A DNA stretch of 64,000 nt, from positions 536,850 through 600,849 of the forward strand of contig JAAOMT010000706.1 in NCBI GenBank assembly GCA_016748015.1. The letters run 5' to 3'. This document shows positions 27,211-39,634 of the stretch, piece after piece (positions within the stretch are counted from its first letter, which is position 1; the number at the start of each line of letters is the position of its first letter). The notes beneath the pieces are model-generated. The model saw only the letters and a list, made by a program, of their open reading frames with translations, searched no databases and had not been told where the DNA came from. A program made the position numbers and the translations under genes. Source of the DNA: Geosiphon pyriformis uo1 (taxonomy: Eukaryota > Fungi > Glomeromycota).

Positions 27211-27606
27211 ATTATGCCAGAACGTGTGCATAATACTGATGCAGGGTTTGATCTGAGATATCCAGGAAAAAATGTCATCAAATTGGAACCACATTCACAC
27301 ACCTGCATTGATCTAAAAATAGCACTAGAAATTCCAGCAACAACAATGGTTTAATTAGCATCTAAGAGTAGTTTAGCAAAAAGAGGGATTAATATAAGAG
27401 GAGGAATAATTGATGCGGGATATGTAGGAAATATCATCACCATGCTACAAAATGACTCAGAAAAAGCCTATGTAATAGAGCCCAATAAAAAGATAGCACA
27501 GGCAATATTCCTGCCTCTGGTTAAAATAGCTCAGTTAGTATCAGTGAGAAAGCGGGAGGAATTAGGAATAACGGCAAGAGGAATACAGAGATTCAGATCC
27601 ACAGGT
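27211..27606 (+). pseudogene. dut: Element B dUTPase domain
   Basis: Five trimeric-dUTPase motifs: DAGFDLR, ASKSSLA, GIIDAGYVGNI, KIAQAIF, ARGIQRFRSTG (decayed RGxxGFGSTG); one stop. Confidence 0.93.
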
Positions 27607-28176
27607 AGAATAGATGTACCAGTTAACATGGCAGAGGAAGAAATTGTTGGCCAAGGAGAAATTATCTCAACTGGTCAAGCTATTTCTATTCCACTATATA
27701 GCCAGTACATGTTAGCAATAGAAAGGAAGGAAAAGGAGCAAGAACAGATTTTTGAAGTGGAAGCAATCCTTTGTGAATCAGGAGAGATTGGATTGATCAA
27801 TCTCCACATACCAGCCAAAAGCTATAGCAGCATAAAAATTCCCATCTACAACAACACTGGCAATGTTATCAACATACCAGAAGGAACCACCATCAGATAT
27901 CTAACCACAGAAATAGAAGACCAACCACCAAACCCCATTCCAGACTTTCCACAACTTTGTGGATATGTTGACATCACATCACAAACAATCTATGGATGAG
28001 ACAAATGTTATTTGCTCCAACCAGAACAATTAAAACAAATGAACATGGGAAACTTAGATCCACTCCAATGTATGCAGCTCAAGATGTTACTCAACAATTT
28101 CAATGACATCTTTGCCAGTGAAAATGAGTTTGGCCAAACTGACATCATCCAGCATTAGATCAAGACTAAAGATGCA

Positions 28177-29439
28177 ATGCCAATCAAACAAAGAGCATAC
28201 AGAGTACCACCAGCCAGCCACAAGATTATTTGTCAAGAAATAAACAGAATGCTTGACAATGGGCTAATTCAACCATCAATGAGTCCATGGTCATCATCAA
28301 TGGTACTCGTTCGTAAGAAAAATGGAAAAATCCAGTTTTGTGTAGACTACAGGAAACTCAATAGTGTAACTTGTGAAGACAGTTATCCAACTCCACGAAT
28401 ACAGGAATTATTCGATGCTTTTGGTGGGAACAAATGGTTCTCCACATTAGATTTAGACAGTGGTTACTGGCAAGTAGCCATGAATCCAGCTGACAAAGAG
28501 AAAACGGCATTTACTACTAGATAAGGGAATTTTGAATTTGAAGTGATGCCATTCGGCTTAACCAATGCCCCAGCAACTTTCCAATGGCTAATGGAAATCG
28601 TGTATACTGGCTTATTGTGGAAATCAGTAGTTGTATACTTGGATAACACCAATGTATTCTTAAAGACATTTGATAATCATCTTCATCATCTTTAACAAGT
28701 GTTTGAAAGACTAAAAAGAGCAGGACTGAAGTTAAATGCGACAAAGTGCTTCTTTGGCAAGACGGAACTCAAATTCTTGGGACACATAGTCGGCAAAGAC
28801 GGCATCAAAATGGATTTAGAGAAAATAGAGATAGTAAAGAACTTTCCAGTACTGACCAATATAACAGAACTGAAATCATTCTTGGGATTTGCCAGCTACT
28901 ATCGTCGTTTTATCAAGAACTTTTCCAAGATAGTAGAGCCACTCAATCAACTACAAAACAAAAATGCAAAATATGAATGGACAGAAAATCAACAAGAAGT
29001 TTTTGATATTCTGAGGAAAAAGCTTATCCAAGCTCCAGTGCTGATCTATTCAGATTACAGCAAACCATTCATCATTACCACCAATGCATCCAGCCAAGCA
29101 TTGAGAGCAGTATTATCTCAGAGAGAACCGAACGGCAGAGAACATCCAGTAACATATGCCAGCAGAGATTTAACACCAGCCGAAAAGAACTATGGAACAC
29201 CGGAACAAGAACACTTAGCAATATACTGGGCCATCATAAAATAGAAAGAATATTTGAGCCAGAAGTTTAAAATATACACAGATCACAAGGGATTAACATC
29301 ACTCCAAAAACAAGAATTTGGAGATAGAAGACAGTCAAGATGGAAAATGGCACTCGCACCATACAATTATACTATACATTACAAAAAAGGAAAAGACAAT
29401 AGAAATGCTGATGGTTTATCACGAATAAGACAAATCTAA
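28177..29439 (+). pseudogene. Element B reverse transcriptase-RNase H
   Basis: FCVDYRKLN, LDLDSGYWQ, MPFGLTNAP, YLDN (decayed YLDD), YASR, TDHKGL, NADGLSR. Confidence 0.95.
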
Positions 29440-29502
29440 AAACATTTCAACCCAAAAATATAATAAAACTAGAACAATACCAATGGAAAAATACAACAAA
29501 AA

Positions 29503-30885
29503 ATGAACATACAAAAATATCAACAATTGCAACATTATCTAAACACTCAACAGTTCAAGGAGAATTTATCTCATATGGAATGAAGGAGTATCAAACAACA
29601 ATCAAAATATTTTATCACTCACCAAAATATACTTTATCAGAAAAATAGAAGGAATCCAGATCAACCAATCAGAGTAATTATGGAGCCAGAAAAAGAGACA
29701 ATATTATTCAACATGCACTCAAATCCAACAGCAGAACATTTTCACAAAGAAGCAACCATGAAAAGAACTAGAAAAAGATACTATTGGCCATCAATGTACC
29801 CAGACATCATTCAATATGTTCAAAATTGTGATGCTTGTCAGTGAAGAGAAGGAACAAGACCCAGTGAACTATTAAGACCAATCAAAATGGGACAACCATT
29901 TGACCGTATGGGAATTGATTTAGTCGGACCATTAACAATTACCAGCAGAAACAACAGATATATTGCAGTAGCCATAGACTATCTTATTAAATGGCCAGAA
30001 GCCAAAGCAATTCAAAGAGTGGATGCAAAATTTGTTGCTGAATTCGTTCATTAAAATTTGATCTGTTAACACAGATGTCCAAAAGAACTACTATCAGATC
30101 AAAAAATCCACTTTGTAAACAGAACACTAACAGAATTAAGTCAAAGATTTGGGATTAAAAGACTATTGTCATTACTATACCATCCACAAACCAATGGATT
30201 AGTAGAAAAATTCAACAGAACGTTGTGTGAAGCAATAGTCAAGCTCAGCCAAGAAAACCAGAACAATTGGGATTTGTTCATACCATCAGTACTATTTGCT
30301 TATTGAACAATGAAACAAGATACTACATAAGCAACACCATTTGAATTAGTATATGGGAGAATAGCAACATTACCAGTAGAGAGAGAAATTAATACATATC
30401 CAGCTGAACCAATAACAGAGGAAAATTTTCAAGAAACATTGCTGAAAAAAACATATGACTTAATGGAAACATTGGAAAACAAACAAAGAAGAGCAGCTGA
30501 TAATATCCAAAAGTCACAAGAAACACAAAAAGAAAGACATGATAGTCAACTAACAGACAAACCAGTTGAATTCAAGATCGGAGACAAAGTATTACTACAT
30601 CGTACCAAAGCAGAAAAACAATGGAGTGGAAAATTTGACCCCAAATAGGATGGACTATTTCACATAGAAGAAATTCTAGGAAATGGAGCTTACAAATTAA
30701 GATTGGATAACAAAATTTTAACTAAAGCAGCACATGGAGATCAACTGAAACCATATCACAACATCATACTACCATCTACCAGTAATATTCCACAATTAGG
30801 AGTACAGAGAATACTGGTCCAACCAGATAAGATTCCATGAAATCTGGAACCAATCATTATTATCGACAACAACATGTTAAATTGA
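29503..30885 (+). pseudogene. Element B integrase
   Basis: ATG 29503 MNIQKYQQLQHYL; MHSNPTAEHF..CDAC; GIDLVGPL; YHPQTNGLVEKFN; FKIGDKVLL; ends EPIIIID. Confidence 0.9.
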
Positions 30886-30920
30886 TCCATCAAAAGAATA
30901 TATAAAGACATAGTAGATGC

Positions 30921-31774
30921 TGTTACGGGATGGTTTTCTTGTTATATTTAATTGCTAATATCCCGCTTTAATTGCAATCAGTCTTTCGTGAGTTCCTCAA
31001 TTCTATTTGTGTGATAATGTCACTGTTACACTGAAGGCTTTCTTTTTACTGTTGCGATGTAAGTTATTCTTTAATTCTTAATTGTTGTGTGTGTTTATGT
31101 ACTCCTTCTCAGAGGCTGAACTGAAATCTACCCACTGTTTGGGGTCTTCTCTGAGGCTATCCTTGCAATTGCCTGATGTGTTTCTCTAATCTAGAAACAC
31201 AGAATGTTAATGGTCTTTAGCNNNNNNNNNNNNNNNNNNNNAATTAATAACAACGTGAATAATCTTGATCAAGGATTATTCTTCCAAGGAATTCAGTTGA
31301 TGAATGATAGTTTCATTCAATAAATAATACAAGTAAGTTTCTTAATACTTTGGGTTGTGATAGTTCTATTTTAAATATTCTTTTTCATTTCTTTTTGATT
31401 TTTAAAGGTTTCTTGGGATATTTAATTTGAAAGTATGATTTAAAGTGGAGTTTGTTGGATAAAATTGGATCTGTTGTTTGATAAGTTATGATTTTTATTA
31501 CTTGATTGATTATTTCTCATATTAAAACTACTGTATATATACATGTTTGTAGTTCTATGAGAAAATACTTTCTTTTTGATATTTCAACCTGGTGTTTGCT
31601 GCTATCACCAGTTGGTGTTGGCTGCTATTGTGAACTGGTGCTTGCCACTATCGCGAGATGGTGTTTGCTACTATGTTAATCATTACTTTTCTAAGATTAT
31701 TACTGTGCTATATTATGATTGAATAGTTTGTATTATTTTTATGATTCTTTTTGCTAAATTCCTAAACCGTAACA
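30921..31774 (-). repeat. Element C 3' LTR
   Basis: tgttacggga...ccgtaaca; contains an N gap. Confidence 0.9.
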
Positions 31775-31787
31775 TTATCCCCTCCTT

Positions 31788-32540
31788 TCAAAATTGAGCT
31801 CCATCGAAATCGAAGTTAATTTCTTTATTAAATTCTAAGTTACTATAGTGGTTCAATACTGTGTTATTAATTTGTTGTTGTAATTCTTGAAATTGCGAGT
31901 TGGTAAGTCGTCCAATACTGTTGGTTGTTATTATGTTCATGGTTGGGTCCAACAATAATTTATAACAGTTTTCAAATGCTTTGAAAATTCTGTAAACTGT
32001 TTTTGAATGGAATGTAGTGTTGGTTTTTCCAATGAAAGGTTCTAATAGTTGGATAGTTGTTTTGTCAAACATTCTAGTTGAGTCTTTTGAGTATAATGTT
32101 TGTATGTTCAAGTGCTTTCCTAGTTGATAATAACAGTAATTAATTGGGAATTTCGTTTTCAAGTTGCTAAATGTGTCTGGTGTTAATTCACTTATTTTTA
32201 TTTCTTCCATTATTAATGTATTGCCCAATGCTATCTCTAATTTTTCAATAACTTTGCTAATAAATTTGTTGTTATATTTGGCAATATTATATGGTTCGAA
32301 ATTATGTTCTTTTCTTGTTTTTGGATTTTCTATTGTTCTTTTTATGTATGTTATTTTGGAGCTATTAACTGTGATTTCTAGATCGGATTTTAATTGTTAT
32401 AAGCTTTTAACTAATTGTTGAGTTATATTGTTGATGTTTTCTGGAATAAGTATCATTGTTTTAATTTTGACTGTTATTTTGGAATCTTTTGCATGCATTT
32501 TTATGGTTGTTAAATCATTTTTGCTGTGATCTAAGATTAA
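31788..32540 (-). pseudogene. Element C accessory ORF after integrase (unknown function)
   Basis: Same frame as the integrase C-terminus; FPINYCYYQLGKHLNIQTLY...GRLTNSQFQELQ...DFDGAQF. Confidence 0.8.
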
Positions 32541-33881
32541 TTATCTTTTCAAATAATATTCAATTAAAACTATTGGTTCTAAATCTTGTGGAATTTGTTC
32601 TAGTAGAATTAAAGATAATTGTGTTCCAATTCTGGGTGTTTTTGTTGTTATTACTGGTTTACTGTAATAGAATTTCAGCCGGTTACCATGTGCTGCTTTT
32701 CTTAATATTTTATCATCTAGTCTTAGCTTGTATGCTCTATTTCCAAGTATTTTGTGAATATAAAATAGTCCATCCCACTTGTGATCAAATTTTCCACTCC
32801 ACTGTTTTTCCATTTTTGTACGATGCAACAATACTTTATCTCCAATTTTGTAGCTAATTATATTATCTGGTAACTGGTTATTATGTCTCACTTTTTGTTG
32901 TCCTTGTGATTGTTCAATATTTTGTGCTGCTTTTCTTCTTTTGTTTTCTAAAGTTCCCATTAATTCGTATGTTCTTCTAAGTAGTGTTTCCTGGAATGTT
33001 GCTTCTGTGATAGTGTCACTTGGATAAGTTGGAATAGTAAGTTCAATGGGTAATGTGGCTTTTCTTCCATAAACTAGTTCAAACAGTGTGAATTGTGTAG
33101 TATCTTGTTTTACTGTTCTATATGCTAATAGTACTGCTGGTATGAATAAATCTCATTCTTTTTCATGTTCATTACTAATTTTCGCCAGTGATTCGCATAA
33201 TGTGCGATTAAATCTTTCAACTAATCCATTTGTTTGAGGGTGGTATGGTGATGACAGTGGTTGCTTGATTCCAAATTTTTGGCTAAGTTCTTTTAAGGTG
33301 CTGTTTACGAAATGTGTGCCTTGATCTGATAGCAATTCTTGTGGACATCCATGTCGGCAAATTAAGTCTTCATGTACGAATTGAGCTACCGAAATAGCAT
33401 CAGCTGTTTTAATAGTTCTAGCTTCTGGCCATTTGGTGAGATAATCCATGGCTACTGCAATATAACGGTTGTTTCTTGTTATTATTAGTAAGGGTCCAAC
33501 TAAATCAATTCCGATTCTGTCAAATAGCTGTCCAACTTTTATTGGTCTTAATAATTCCGTTGTTTTTGCTCCTCCTCTTTGTTGGCATAGGTCACAATTT
33601 TTTATGTATTGGATTATGTCTGAACTCATTTTTGGCCAATAGTAATGGCTATTTGCACGTTGGATGGTTGCTGTTTTTCCAAAGTGGCCTGAATGAATAT
33701 CTGAGTGCATGTTAAATAAGATAGTTTCTTTTTCATCCGTGGTTATAACTCTTAATGGATTATCTGGATTTTGTCGATTCCGGTAATAAAGTATGTAATT
33801 TTGGATGAAATAGTGTTTTGCTAATTTTTGGAGCTTAATTAGCTCTTTTACTGGCATTTCTTCATCTATTTGTAGTGTTTC
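32541..33881 (-). pseudogene. Element C integrase
   Basis: MHSDIHSGHFG..CDLCQ; GIDLVGPL; SDQGTHF; PYHPQTNGLVERFN; KWDGLF. Confidence 0.93.
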
Positions 33882-33921
33882 NNNNNNNNNNNNNNNNNNN
33901 NNNNNNNNNNNNNNNNNNNNN

Positions 33922-35102
33922 GTGTCAAAGTGAACACAACTCCAGACTACTGCTAAGCATTCAAGTTCATGTGCTGCGTAGTTTTGTTCTGCCGTACTGA
34001 GACTTCTGCTAGCATAAGCGATTACACGTTCTCTTCCATTATTATCTTTTTGTGACAGAATGGCTCCAAGTCCAGTTCTAGAGGCATCTGTGGCCAAAAT
34101 GAATTTCTTGTTGAAATTCAGATAGATCATTATTGGTGATTCAATGAGCTTTTGTCTAAGGTACTCAAAAGCTTTTTGTTGTGCTTCAGTCTATTCAAAC
34201 TTCACATTTTTAGATAGTAGGTAATTAAGGGGTTTGGCAATGTTTGAAAAGTTTTCTACAAAGCAGTGGTAGTAAGATGCGAGTCCTAAAAAGCTTCTAA
34301 TTTCTGAAACGTTTCGAGGTACTAGAAAATTTTTCACTTTGTCTATTTTTGATGGATCTGGTTTTATTCCATCTTTTCCAACTACATGTCCTAAAAATGC
34401 TAGCTCATTTTTCTCAAAGAAACATTTTTCTAGATTTAGTTTAAGTCCAGCGTGTTTCAGTCTCTCAAAAACTTGTTGTAAATGTTGGAGATGATCTGTG
34501 AATTTTGACGAGAAAACATTTGTATCATCCAAGTAGACAACAACGGATTGCCACAGGATTTCGGAGTAAATTACGTCCATTAGTCTTTGGAATGTCACGG
34601 GAGCGTTTGTTAATCCAAATGGCATTACATTGAACTCATAATTGCCATTTTGTGTTGTGAATACTGTTTTATGTCTGTCCTTTGGGTCTATTTCCACTTG
34701 CCAGTACTCACTGGTCAAGTCCAGTGTAGAAAACCATTTTGCTCCTCCAAAAACGTCAAAGATTTCATCAATTAACGGTATTGGATATGAGTCTTTGGTT
34801 GTTTTGCTGTTTAGTTTGCGATAGTCAACACAAAATCTAATTTTTCTGTTCTTTTTCCTTACTAAAACAACTGGTGAGGACCATGGGCTCATTGATGGTT
34901 GTATTATTCCTTTTTCCAACATGCTTTGGACTTCTTCTCTGATAAAATTATGCTCCATTGGTGGGACACGGTAAGTGCATTGTTTTTCAGGTCTGGCGTT
35001 TTCAGTGGGGATTTGGTATTAAACCAAGTTGGTTCTTCCAAATTCGCCATTTCTTGAAAATATATCAGAGTATTTTAAAATTAATGCTTTTAATTGTCGC
35101 TG
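33922..35102 (-). pseudogene. Element C reverse transcriptase-RNase H (3' end in gap)
   Basis: RFCVDYRKLN, MPFGLTNAP, VYLDDT, ATDASRTGLGAIL, YASR. Confidence 0.95.
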
Positions 35103-38100
35103 TTAGTCAGAATCCATTGTTCCAATGTTTAATTTGGCCAATTTTTCTGGTGTAAATTGATAGCATTCTACCGGTTGTTGCCAATTTATTGAAGTGAATT
35201 CACAGTAGAGGGCAATTTTTGGGAAATTTAGAATTTCTTGTGGTGTTGACGTGTTTTCTAGCTCCGTTCCGAGGTATCCAATGATGGTATCTTCCAGAAT
35301 GTAGACAGGTTCTTCTGTGGTGTTTGTGATAGGAATTTTTATCCATTGAGCTTTATTAGCTGGAATAAAAAGGTTAGTAAGTCCTATGAGAAACTGTTGG
35401 CAAGTTTCTGGGTAGGGCTCAAATATTAGGTCTTTTTTTTTAATTGTCTTTTTTATTCTTATTTCTGATTTTCCATATGGTAGGAGTGTGATGGACTGCT
35501 CATTTTTAATTACTTCGCCTTTTTCCTCTATTGTTTCAGCAAAATTCGCTTCAATTCCTTTTTCTGTTGATCCGAAACCAAAAGTTCCTCTCGTTGTTTG
35601 TGACAATTCCTCATGATTTTCCACTGGCATGAATTTCCCAATTTTTACCAATGGTAGGAAAATTNNNNNNNNNNNNNNNNNNNNTTTTATTCTTATTTCT
35701 GATTTTCCATATGGTAGGAGTGTGATGGACTGCTCATTTTTAATTACTTCGCCTTTTTCCTCTATTGTTTCAGCAAAATTCGCTTCAATTCCTTTTTCTG
35801 TTGATCCGAAACCAAAAGTTCCTCTCGTTGTTTGTGACAATTCCTCATGATTTTCCACTGGCATGAATTTCCCAATTTTTACCAATGGTAGGAAAATTGC
35901 TTGTGCAATCTTTTCCTTAGATTCAATGGTATAAGGCTTTTCTGAATTGTTCTGTAGCAAAACCATCAAATTTCCAGTGTATCCAGAGTCAATTACTCCT
36001 TCTTGAACGCTTATTCCTTTTTTCGCGAGGCTTGATCGTGACGCCATTTGAACCATTATTCCTGGCGGAATTTCAACTGCTATTTTTAGGTCAATTTTGG
36101 TGATGCTCCTGGGTGGTAACGTTGTGGATTGGTCTTCTAGATAACATAGATCGAATCTGGCGTCAGTTGGATGGGCTCTTTCGGGTATTATTCCTAAGTG
36201 CCCGTTGTCGAAGTATCGGATGTCGGTCACCTGTTCTATGTCGGTATAGGCTACAAATTTTTCTGACTTGGGACCGTCAAGTGAGTTTTGTTGATTTATT
36301 GATTGATTTTGAGACTGCTGATTCTCAATTTCCATTTTTCTTTCTAAGTTCCTTTTGTCTTGACACTCTTCACAGCACTGATTTTGGCACGGGATGAGAC
36401 AGTTTTCGCAGAGGTAAGTGTTGATTTGGGCGAGGTATTGTTCTTGCTCTTGTCGAGTGGGGCATAGTTGTTGGTAGTAGTCCTGGAATTCGTCCACTGG
36501 GTCGAACATGTTGTAGCTGGCGACTTCGTTGGCTACTTCAGCTGACTCTTTCCAACATCGTATTTCTTCGGTGGTTCCTCCTCTTACTTTGACTTGTGCG
36601 GTGTTGTACAACTTGTCCTCATCATGTGGGTAGTGCTGTAGTCTTTTTAACACTCTGTTGAACGCTGCTTTGAATGGCATTCCTCCTCTTACCCAGTCAC
36701 AGATGAGGATCGTGTATTGGCAAGTTGCATCACACGTTCCTCCTCTGCCTGGTAAGTCATTCCAGTCGCACCCTCTTGGTAACGGTTCTCCACAAGCAAG
36801 GCATGGTTCCTCGTCCCATTTTCCGTGTCTTTCTGGGTAACCGTATTTTTCTTTGTTACAATGGTTACAATAGTAGTGGGTGGGATTTCTTGGGTCTTTG
36901 TCTGGTGCGCTGCACGCAGTCATAGACGAGAGTTTTTTCTTGCAAACTGAGCATTCTAGCTTTGGTCTGCGTCGCTGGTGGTTTCTTTGTGAACTTACCT
37001 GGTTCCATTCGGATCTTTCTTTGCTGGTCCACATTGGTACGGCTGGTAGTCCTGTTCTTTGGTTATCAGCCCAAGAGAGCTGATAGGTTTCAATGGCTGG
37101 TAGTGCTAGATTTTCCTCAAATTCGAAGATAGGTTTTTGGTTGGCGCTGGGTTTTTGGAAGTGGCCACAGGTGGCTGGAATTTTGGCCTGGTGGCCATTA
37201 TAATTGATCAGAAGCTCTTGGGTGGTCCAGTCTAGGGTGGCGTTGGCTTTTGTTAGCCAGTCATTCTCTACTAACGCTTGATATTGTGTAGTGTCCATTA
37301 CTAATACTTTTGTAAGTATTACTATGCCGTTAATTTCGAAAGGGAATGAGTTGATTTCGCCATAAGGCAGCTTTGTACTTCCATCGGCTGTTATGATTTG
37401 GGACGTCGCGGCATGATCAACTTTGAAACCCAGTTGGTTTATTAGTTGAAGCATTACGATGCTTCCAGTGGATCCGCTGTCTAAGATAAGTTTGATTGGG
37501 GTATTGTTTACAATGGCTTCTGTATACATAGCAGTGATTGGGCGTTTTTCGTCCAATGCTGCTCCACTGAACATAGCCTCGTTTTCCTCTAATTCAAAAG
37601 GAAAAATAGCTGCGAGGCTGCTATCTTTGGTGGCAACTGCTGGTGGTATTGTCTGGCTCAATTTGGAGGAATTCTTGGTTCTGTTTATGTTTCTACCATC
37701 ATTGTTTCCGATGATCAGGTTTTCCGGTATATTAAGGTAAGTTTGTTGATAATTTTGGTAGTTTGGATTGGTTTGCTGATTGGTTCCAGCGCGGTTTGGA
37801 TTCCTCTGGACCAACGCGTTCTGGTTCCACATAGGCTGATTTCGGGCCTCGGGACGCCAATTCGGGTTGGCTATCATGGGCTGTTGCTGGTAAGCTCCTT
37901 GATTTTGATACGTGGTGGGATATTGGCATGGTATTGGCATGTACTGGTTTCTGGGCATTTGGGGTGGCACGTAGTAATTCTTTTCGCGTGTTTCCTGCAT
38001 CATTTGCATTCGACATTGACTAATCAAATGTCCTACGTGTTTGCAAAAATGGCAGGTGCATGTTTCTGTTCTGAATTCCTGGCATGACGAGCAATTATTT

Positions 38101-39143
38101 CAACTGTCGCTGACTTCCTGGCTGCGTCTTTGGGGTGGTTGGTATGTATTTTTTCTCGGATCCGGGATGAGGTAACTTTCTATTTTCTTAGAAAGTTCCT
38201 CCCCTAATTGCGTTACTCTTTTCTCTAATGTTTCTGTCTTATTTTCCTCCATTACCATGTTAACCATTTGACTATGGTTAGCTTCTTTCNNNNNNNNNNN
38301 NNNNNNNNNNNNNNNNNNNNNNNNNNNNNNNNNNNNNNNCTGTGCCTTTCAGGAAGAAAGGTAATGTTTGAATTGCTCTTTGGTCGTTCCAGTTATTTGT
38401 CTGGATGGCTTTTTGTGCTTCTCTGAGCCATGTGTACACGTCCATTTCTTCTTCCTCTCCTGAGAAATCTGTTAGTCTTGCAATGTATGGTGTGGTCATT
38501 TCGTTGCTGTTTTCTGCTGGTGGGTTTATTGGTCTAAGAGGAGGTGGGATGATATTTCCTTGAGCGTTCCTAAAGGTGGCTTCTCTTATATCTGGTTCTT
38601 CCTCTTGATCACGAGTTTCTTGGTTTCTGGACTGGCTGCTTGTTCCAGTGACTGGTCTTGTGATTGTTTTTTTGCTGGTCTCTTTTTCGGATTCTGATTT
38701 AGACTCCTCTTCACGGTTTTCAAACCCCGTTCTAAATTTTGGCTGAAAAAGAGGGTTTTGGAATAGTGATGAATATCCTCCTGTAATTGGTATGTCNNNN
38801 NNNNNNNNNNNNNNNNNNNNNNNNNNNNNNNNNNNNNNNNNNNNNNTATTGGAAAATTTTTGTTGGCGTATTGCTCAATTTCTCGATGGATTTTGACAAT
38901 AGTTGCGGCTATTACTGCTACTTCTTTTGTAGTGTATTGTGATAATTTTCTATACAATCTAAGTTTTGCGTCGTGTGGTTCTTCTTCCTTTTCTATATGA
39001 TAATTTATTCTGGCATTGATATAATAAGTGAGGGCAGATTCTGCTGGACAACACCCTTCTGGTAATCCAAGATCACTCTGATTTTGTGTGTAAATAGCAC
39101 AGCAGAATTCAAGAACAGTAAGATTAGGAGTTTTTGTCACCAC
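35103..39143 (-). pseudogene. Element C gag-protease-Cys-rich domain-dUTPase polyprotein region
   Basis: 974-aa open frame with LILDSGSTGS, repeated CxxC pairs and dUTPase motifs; continues in frame into RT across decayed stops. Confidence 0.9.
35795..36195 (-). pseudogene. dut: Element C dUTPase domain
   Basis: PERAHPTDARFDL, ASRSSLA, GVIDSGYTGNL, EKIAQAIF, TRGTFGFGST. Confidence 0.95.
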
Positions 39144-39225
39144 TTTTGTCTTTTCCTTTTTAGCAATGAATTATTGCTAATTATTATTTCCTTTTTGATT
39201 TTTTTTCTTCGTAGGGTTTACCAAA

Positions 39226-39630
39226 TGTTACGGGATGGTTTTCTTGTTATATTTAATTGCTGATATCCCGCTTTAATTGCAATCAGTCTTTCGTGAGTTC
39301 CTCAATTCTATTTGTGTGATAATGTCATTGTTACACTGAAGGCTTTCTTTTTACTGTTGCGATGTAAGTTATTCTTTAATTTTTGATTGTTGTGTGTGTT
39401 TATGTACTCCTTCTCAGAGGCTGAACTGAAATCTACCCACTGTATGGGGNNNNNNNNNNNNNNNNNNNNNNNNNNNNNNNNNNNNNNNNNNNNNNNNNNG
39501 CCACTATCGCGAGATGGTGTTTGCTACTATGTTAATCATTACCTTTCTAAGATTATTACTGTGCTATATTATGATTGAATAGTTTGTATTATTTTTATGA
39601 TTCTTTTTGCTAAATTCTTAAACCATAACA
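39226..39630 (-). repeat. Element C 5' LTR (gapped)
   Basis: tgttacggga...ccataaca; PBS tggtaaaccctacg at 39210-39223 (-). Confidence 0.9.
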
Positions 39631-39634
39631 ACGC

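Larger units (their letters stand above)
30921..39630 (-). mobile_element. Ty3/Gypsy LTR retrotransposon C with dUTPase (youngest; several assembly gaps)
   Basis: LTRs 30921-31774 and 39226-39630 nearly identical where sequenced; TSD atgc (30917-30920) / acgc (39631-39634); PPT gaaaggaggggataa; many CpGs retained. Confidence 0.93.

Noticed and set aside
31788-32540. Calling ORF3 an envelope gene
   Set aside because: No signal peptide, fusion peptide or transmembrane helix visible
35452-35898. Exact duplication of about 210 bp covering the dUTPase C-terminus in element C
   Set aside because: The identical copies flank a 20-N gap, typical of unmerged contig overlap; element B has only one copy
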